Source: Gemmatimonadota bacterium (GTDB taxonomy: Bacteria > Latescibacterota > UBA2968 > UBA8231). From it: DNA of 29,988 bases. Shown here one piece after another: positions 25,117 through 29,988 of this stretch. The translations under genes were made by a program, and so were the position numbers. The notes below the pieces were generated by a model. It worked only from the letters and a program-made list of their open reading frames with translations, searched no databases and was not told where the DNA came from. The stretch covers positions 1-29,988 of the forward strand of contig JAYOYH010000053.1 in the NCBI GenBank assembly GCA_038153405.1, read 5' to 3'. The first letter of the stretch is position 1. Each line of letters opens with the position of its first letter.

Positions 25117-27449
25117 CGCTCTCCCCTTTGCACTTGGCGCATAATATCTTGTACAGCTCGGATCAGTTTTTCGTTGTCGGGATGGTGCTGCAATCCCTGC
25201 GCAGCGCGCTCTAGCGCCTGCTCAAACCGCTGCTGGCGCAGCAAAATGCCCACCAAGCGCACGTGCCAGGCGACATTTTCCGGGGCGCGCGCTGCAGCCT
25301 TAGTCATCGCATCTGCCGCCTTGTCCAACTGTCCCTTCTCGTCGTAGAGCAGTCCCAAATTGCCCCACCACTCGGCGCGCTGCGGATCGCGCTGTGCGGC
25401 CTGCTCCAGCAGTTCCTCAGCCCGCTCCATGCGCTGCTGGCGCAGATAGATCGCTCCGAGGTTGCCCAACACAACCCCGTCGTCGGCATGCACTTGGACG
25501 GCGCGCTCGAGCACCTCGATCGCCTCCTCATACTGACCCGCGTCGGCCAACCCCAGCCCGAGTCCTACCAGGTACTCGCCGTTTTCCGGTGCAAAACCCA
25601 GCGCCTGTCGCCACGCCTCAAGACCGCGAGCTCGCGCCGCTGCCGCCCTTTCCCCGTCGACCTCAAGCCGCGCTCGTACCTGCAGCGACCGGGCCATCCA
25701 GCCATAGGCATCGGCATGCAGCGGTTCGAGCTCAACGGCGCGCTGCAGCACCTCTACGCTCTCACTCGCGCGACCGCGCCAGTAGAGTACCTCCCCCAAC
25801 AGACGCAGCGCACCGGGGCTGTTTGGATGCAGTTCCAAGCTGCGCTGCAGCGCCGTTTCCGCTTCTGGCAGGCGATCAATGCGCAGTGCGATCATCCCCA
25901 GCATATGCTGATGGCGGAAATCGCTCTCGCGCCACGCTACAGCGCGTTGAAAGGCCAAATAAGCGCGGTTTGGCTGCAAGGCGTCATAGTACTTTTTCTG
26001 CCCTTGAAAATAATAATAATCGCCCAACAGCGTACCCACAGACCAGTAGATACTGCCTGCACAGAGCAGAATGGAAACGGCCGCACATGCGCGGCGCGGC
26101 CAAGCGGCCAGCGCCCACATGCGCGGCGGCGCACCACGGATGGCCTCAACAAGCCCCACTGCTACCCAAAAGTGCAGCGCGGCCGTGGGATCGCGCAAAT
26201 TGAGACTAAATAAGGAGTGAACGAGAGTGGCCAGCAGCGCCGCCAACAGCGCCCACAGCACGATCCGCTTTTCTGCATTGTCCTGACGCTGCGCCGCCCG
26301 CCATCCCGCCAAGGACACCATGGCGATGGTCGCCAGCCAAGCCGCGAGCGCCCCGATCCCCGACTCGGCCCAAATTTCCAAATACTCGTTGTGCGCGTAG
26401 TACGGGCGATGCGGTATGAGGTGAATATATTTTTGCCACTCGCGGTGACGCTCTACCGCGCGGTAGGCGGGCACCGCAATCGCGTAATTGCCCACGCCGA
26501 CGCCGGTCCAGAAGTTGTCCTCTATAAGGTCTACCGTATCCAGCCACACCAGCCGACGCTGGTCGATGGATATATGCTTTGCGTCGGCCAGCGTCTCTAT
26601 TCGCTGCACGACGCGCTCGACCAGGTGGCCCAAGCCCTGGCCGTCGTGCATGGCACGAAGGGAGAACTCGCCGACGACGCCCAAGACCAGAAGAACGGAA
26701 AGCGCGCCTTTCCACGGCACGCGCTGACTCAGCTGACGACCCACATGCCAGGCGAAAAAGACCAGCGCGCAGGCCAGCGCAATCCACCCACCTCGGCTCT
26801 CGGTCAGCAGCATGTAGTAGCTGCAGAAAAGCGTGCAAGCCCACAGTGCGACGCGCTGCCAGACGGCGCGGCTGGCCAGCGCCGCACCCAGCGTCAGCAC
26901 AATGGCGATCTCTAGGTAGTGGGCCACGAAGTTGAGGTTGCCAAATGTAGATATACCGATATGGCCGAAGTGCGCATGCGGCATGGGAATCACGTGTATG
27001 CCGGCAAACTGCAGCACGCCCAGCACCGAGGCGATAAACGCCGTAGCGGCCACCGCAATCAGAATCGACCAGGGCACGCGCTGGTGGAAGAACAGCGCGA
27101 CGGAGAGCGCGACAACGCCCAAGCCAACCTGGCGGCAAAGCGCCTCGATACCCATATACAGATTGTCGGCCTGTACCAGCGATAGGAACGCCACGATTAC
27201 ATAGGCCAACCAGGGCAGCAGCCAACGCGCGCCGGGCAGGATCAGGGCACCCTGCAGCGCACAGCGCAGCAGCCAAAGTCCGGCCATCAGGGCACAACTC
27301 ACCAGCAGTAGGACTCGCTTAGTGGTCATGTAGTCGGATAAAAATGGGGCATAGGACAGCGCCACGAGCACACAGGAGGCTACCACCACGGCGCGGTGTA
27401 TTCGTCCGACCCACTGCAGTTGCCCCTCCTGATAGACGGCCCTAAGCAT
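25113..27449 (-). CDS. O-antigen ligase-like (Wzy_C/WaaL/PglL superfamily) membrane protein with C-terminal TPR repeats
   Basis: Many TM segments; STFGNLNF, LTESRGGW, R..VW.....I...FWTGVGVGNY and YAHNEYLEIWAESG motifs; C-terminal TPR-like repeats (e.g. LGLGLADAGQYEEAIEVLERAVQVH). Start probably ATG 27449 (AAGGAG RBS). Confidence 0.88.
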   Translation of the reverse strand: MLRAVYQEGQLQWVGRIHRAVVVASCVLVALSYAPFLSDYMTTKRVLLLVSCALMAGLWLLRCALQGALILPGARWLLPWLAYVIVAFLSLVQADNLYMGIEALCRQVGLGVVALSVALFFHQRVPWSILIAVAATAFIASVLGVLQFAGIHVIPMPHAHFGHIGISTFGNLNFVAHYLEIAIVLTLGAALASRAVWQRVALWACTLFCSYYMLLTESRGGWIALACALVFFAWHVGRQLSQRVPWKGALSVLLVLGVVGEFSLRAMHDGQGLGHLVERVVQRIETLADAKHISIDQRRLVWLDTVDLIEDNFWTGVGVGNYAIAVPAYRAVERHREWQKYIHLIPHRPYYAHNEYLEIWAESGIGALAAWLATIAMVSLAGWRAAQRQDNAEKRIVLWALLAALLATLVHSLFSLNLRDPTAALHFWVAVGLVEAIRGAPPRMWALAAWPRRACAAVSILLCAGSIYWSVGTLLGDYYYFQGQKKYYDALQPNRAYLAFQRAVAWRESDFRHQHMLGMIALRIDRLPEAETALQRSLELHPNSPGALRLLGEVLYWRGRASESVEVLQRAVELEPLHADAYGWMARSLQVRARLEVDGERAAAARARGLEAWRQALGFAPENGEYLVGLGLGLADAGQYEEAIEVLERAVQVHADDGVVLGNLGAIYLRQQRMERAEELLEQAAQRDPQRAEWWGNLGLLYDEKGQLDKAADAMTKAAARAPENVAWHVRLVGILLRQQRFEQALERAAQGLQHHPDNEKLIRAVQDIMRQVQRGER

Positions 27450-29919
27450 GGCGCTCCTTGTGCGCCGACGAACCGCGTGCCAGCCAGGCAACCATCAGCC
27501 CCAAGGCGGCCGATATGGCATTGAGCTGAATGTCTTTAACTTCAAAGTAGCGCTGGGGCAGCACCCACTGAATGCACTCGTCGCCCACCCCAACCACCAC
27601 AGCCGCCAGCCACGCGACCAGATAGCTCCACGGCGGGCTGATACCGCAGCGCAGCGCGCGCAGCAGCACGTAGCCCATAAAGCCGTATTCCACCAAATGC
27701 AGCCGCTCGGCGGGAAAGCGCGCAAACTCACCGAGGAGATGGGCGTATAGGACGGCGATAGCGACCAAGACTATATAGCGCCACCAAACTTTACCCATGC
27801 GCATCATCAGCCGAATCAACAGCGCCACACCACCGGCGGCGATAACCACAGTGCCCAAGTGGCGAACGGCCCCTTGCGTATACTCGCGCAGGATGGCCCA
27901 CACATCCGGCAGCAGCGGAATGGTGCTGTAGACAAAGGCGATATAGGCCATGGCCCAACCCCACGCGCGCGTGCGCGCGACGCCTATGCGCGCATAGGCC
28001 AGCTGGCCAACGGCGATCATTAACACGCCGATCAGGGTATAGGCGCTCAAATCAGCAGCGGAAAAGGACAACAGCCATCCCCAGAGATCGCCCATCCCCA
28101 GCACTAGGCCTACAAAGAGATTTTTTAAGTCTGTAGAGCCAGCCAGCAGCATGGGCACCATCATCGCCGCGTTCCAACTGGGCGCCTGAGCGCCCACCGA
28201 TGGCGCCAAATGGAACGTCACCCACGCGCTCTTTTCCTGCGGTCGGTCCGTCCTGTAGACGCGGAATTTCCACGGGTTGTAGAGCACTAGCGAATTCCAA
28301 AAGCCGGCTTGGAACGGACCATATACCGGTCGATTGGTGCCCTCGGTGATCTCTCCTGCCAGATGGTATGCCCCCTCGCCGACGACGTATTCTATTGCAT
28401 ACTGCGCGCGCTCAGATCCGCTCCAGTGCAGGCGTATCTCGTGCTCGGCTCCCTGGTAATGCAGCGTATCGCCATCGGCTGGAAAGAGAATCTGCGGCGG
28501 TCCGACGACGGCCTCAACCGCACCGACCGCTCTCTCCTCCTCTTCCTCGCCGCTGCGATAAGCCGATTGATGGGCATACAAATTCCACTCGTGCAGCCGA
28601 TTGGCCAGGCTATCGCCCAAGGCGCTCTGGCGCGACCACAGATTGTTTTCCTCATAGGGGTCGACGCGCAGATCGTACAGCTCGTAGCGCTTGCCGGCGA
28701 CGTCGTGTATCAGTTTCCACTCCGCTGTGCGCAGAGCGAGAAAACGCCGCTCGTACTCTTCGGGATTGGCCGTATACCCCGCGGCCGAGCTCTCGAAGTA
28801 GAGCGTGCGCGGCTGCCAGTCTGGATCTCCCTCAATTAACGACATCAGCGACCGGCCCTGCAGCGTCTCCGGTGCCTCGACATCGACTAGGTTCAACAGC
28901 GTCGGCATAATATCGATGCACTGGACCGGCTCATCGACGACCCGGCCGGCCGGCAGCCGGCCGGGCATCCACATAACCAGCGGTATCCGCGTCACGTCGT
29001 CGTAGAAATAGCCCTCTTTAAACGTGGATATATGGCCGACCAATTCGCGGTCTAATAGCGCTTCTCCGTGGTCGGCCGATACGACGACAATCGTATTATC
29101 ACCAAGTCCCGTCTCGCGCAAAACGCGGCGCAGGCGCGCAAAAAATAGATCGTCGAGACGGCGAATCTCTGCGTCGTACAGCGCCCGCACCCACGAACTA
29201 TCGCGCGCGGCAAAGTCCATATCTCCGCGCGTAATCATGACGTTTCTCTTAACTAAATCCATCTTCTCATGCGCGATAAAGCGCTTGAGTGCGGCGATTG
29301 CATCGAGCGGTGCGGCAAAGGCCTCATCGAGGTAGAGCTCGTCGTAACCCGGGCCGGGATCGTAAGGCAGGTGAAGATCCCTGTAGTGATAGTAGAGAAA
29401 AAAGGGCGAGGCACTCTCCCCCGCTTCCCGTTCCAACCAGTTGAAGAGGATCTCATCGCCCTGAAAGAGCAGTTCCTGGCGCCGCCCATAGGGCTCAAAG
29501 CCCAGGCGGTCAAAGTTGGGGATTTCCGTGAGGAAAAAGATGTCGGGAGCCCGATATCCGGCGCGGCGCAGCACGTCGGGGAGGGTCTCTACGCGCGAGT
29601 CGAGACGCCGCCCGCGAATATCCACCGCATGCGTTGGCGCATAGAGCGAGGTGAGTATCGATATAAGTCCGGGCGTGGTCCATCCCGACGAACTAAAGGC
29701 CTGACGAAAAAAAACGCCCTCGCGCGCAAAGGCATCGAGCGCCGGGCTCGTATCGCGTGGATTGCCGTAATAGCCGATGCGGTCGGCGCGAAACGTATCA
29801 ATCGTTATGAGAATGATGTTGGGCCGTTCAGCGGCCTGCGCATGACTTGCCCACAACGCGAGGCAAAGGAAGAAAATTGCTGCACATACCCTAGGCAAAA
29901 CGGGGCCCCCTGCGCTCAA
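27442..29919 (-). CDS. Sulfatase-like (alkaline phosphatase superfamily) hydrolase/transferase fused to a C-terminal VanZ-like membrane domain
   Basis: Signal peptide ending AQA; RPNIILITIDTFRAD, WTTPG, HLPY, YDAEI, SADHGE, DIMPTL, ELYDLRVDPYE; C-terminal ERLHLVEYG...GVGDECIQWVLPQRYFEVKDIQLN (VanZ pattern). Start TTG 29919 or TTG 29898. Confidence 0.85.
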   Translation of the reverse strand: MSAGGPVLPRVCAAIFFLCLALWASHAQAAERPNIILITIDTFRADRIGYYGNPRDTSPALDAFAREGVFFRQAFSSSGWTTPGLISILTSLYAPTHAVDIRGRRLDSRVETLPDVLRRAGYRAPDIFFLTEIPNFDRLGFEPYGRRQELLFQGDEILFNWLEREAGESASPFFLYYHYRDLHLPYDPGPGYDELYLDEAFAAPLDAIAALKRFIAHEKMDLVKRNVMITRGDMDFAARDSSWVRALYDAEIRRLDDLFFARLRRVLRETGLGDNTIVVVSADHGEALLDRELVGHISTFKEGYFYDDVTRIPLVMWMPGRLPAGRVVDEPVQCIDIMPTLLNLVDVEAPETLQGRSLMSLIEGDPDWQPRTLYFESSAAGYTANPEEYERRFLALRTAEWKLIHDVAGKRYELYDLRVDPYEENNLWSRQSALGDSLANRLHEWNLYAHQSAYRSGEEEEERAVGAVEAVVGPPQILFPADGDTLHYQGAEHEIRLHWSGSERAQYAIEYVVGEGAYHLAGEITEGTNRPVYGPFQAGFWNSLVLYNPWKFRVYRTDRPQEKSAWVTFHLAPSVGAQAPSWNAAMMVPMLLAGSTDLKNLFVGLVLGMGDLWGWLLSFSAADLSAYTLIGVLMIAVGQLAYARIGVARTRAWGWAMAYIAFVYSTIPLLPDVWAILREYTQGAVRHLGTVVIAAGGVALLIRLMMRMGKVWWRYIVLVAIAVLYAHLLGEFARFPAERLHLVEYGFMGYVLLRALRCGISPPWSYLVAWLAAVVVGVGDECIQWVLPQRYFEVKDIQLNAISAALGLMVAWLARGSSAHKERHA

Positions 29920-29988
29920 TAAAGACGACGGAACTCAGCAGTATAAGCGCCGCTATCCCCCAGCAAAGGAGCGCCCATAGGCTATGTC
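29891..29988 (-). CDS. 3' end of an upstream membrane protein (partial)
   Basis: Open frame from the right edge HSLWALLCWGIAALILLSSVVFIERRGPRFA*: a TM-like helix with a basic tail, whose stop overlaps the sulfatase start region. Confidence 0.5.
   Translation of the reverse strand, partial: HSLWALLCWGIAALILLSSVVFIERRGPRFA

Noticed and set aside
26206..27297. 363-aa alternative-frame minus-strand ORF inside the ligase gene (similarly 6712-7494 inside fliR)
   Set aside because: Arg/Ala/Gly-rich off-frame translation with no family motifs; the main frame is continuous, so no frameshift is needed.
7..29922. Numerous plus-strand ORFs (e.g. 1651-2286, 5616-6425, 9299-10003, 16539-17300, 25263-26213, 29269-29922)
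   Set aside because: All lie antisense to well-supported minus-strand genes and show no recognisable motifs; typical shadow ORFs of GC-rich coding DNA.
1..29988. CRISPR arrays, tRNA/rRNA, IS elements, integrases or phage genes
   Set aside because: No regularly spaced repeats, RNA-gene signatures or transposase/integrase motifs were seen; nearly all sequence is accounted for by CDSs.

Overview
Nearly the whole window is a co-oriented, minus-strand bacterial flagellar cluster. In transcription order it reads flgB-flgC-(116-aa orphan)-lytic transglycosylase-fliE-fliF-[no fliG]-fliH-fliI-fliJ-fliK-flgD-flgE-flbD-motA-motB-fliL-fliM-fliN | fliO-fliP-fliQ-fliR-flhB-(66-aa mini-FlhA)-flhA-flhF-flhG-fliA-HDOD protein (runs off the left edge). 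It appears to be split into two units, each starting at a near-consensus sigma-54 -24/-12 promoter (before flgB and before fliO) that lies downstream of an intrinsic terminator. Upstream (right end) is a separate cell-envelope operon: a partial membrane protein, a sulfatase-like/VanZ fusion, an O-antigen-ligase-like/TPR protein and a GT2 polyprenol-phosphate glycosyltransferase. The main observations are: (1) an intact, translationally coupled 66-aa paralog of the first two FlhA transmembrane helices between flhB and flhA, with protein conservation despite synonymous divergence; (2) fliG is absent from its canonical position while its partners keep FliG-contact motifs; (3) FlhG lacks the DQAxxLR activator motif and FlhF has degenerate G-motifs; (4) the stator has Na+-type (PomAB-like) signatures; (5) the sulfatase-like domain has Thr at the nucleophile position and is fused to VanZ. 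No RNA genes, CRISPR arrays or mobile elements were recognised. All calls come from motif recognition by eye; no database searches were run.
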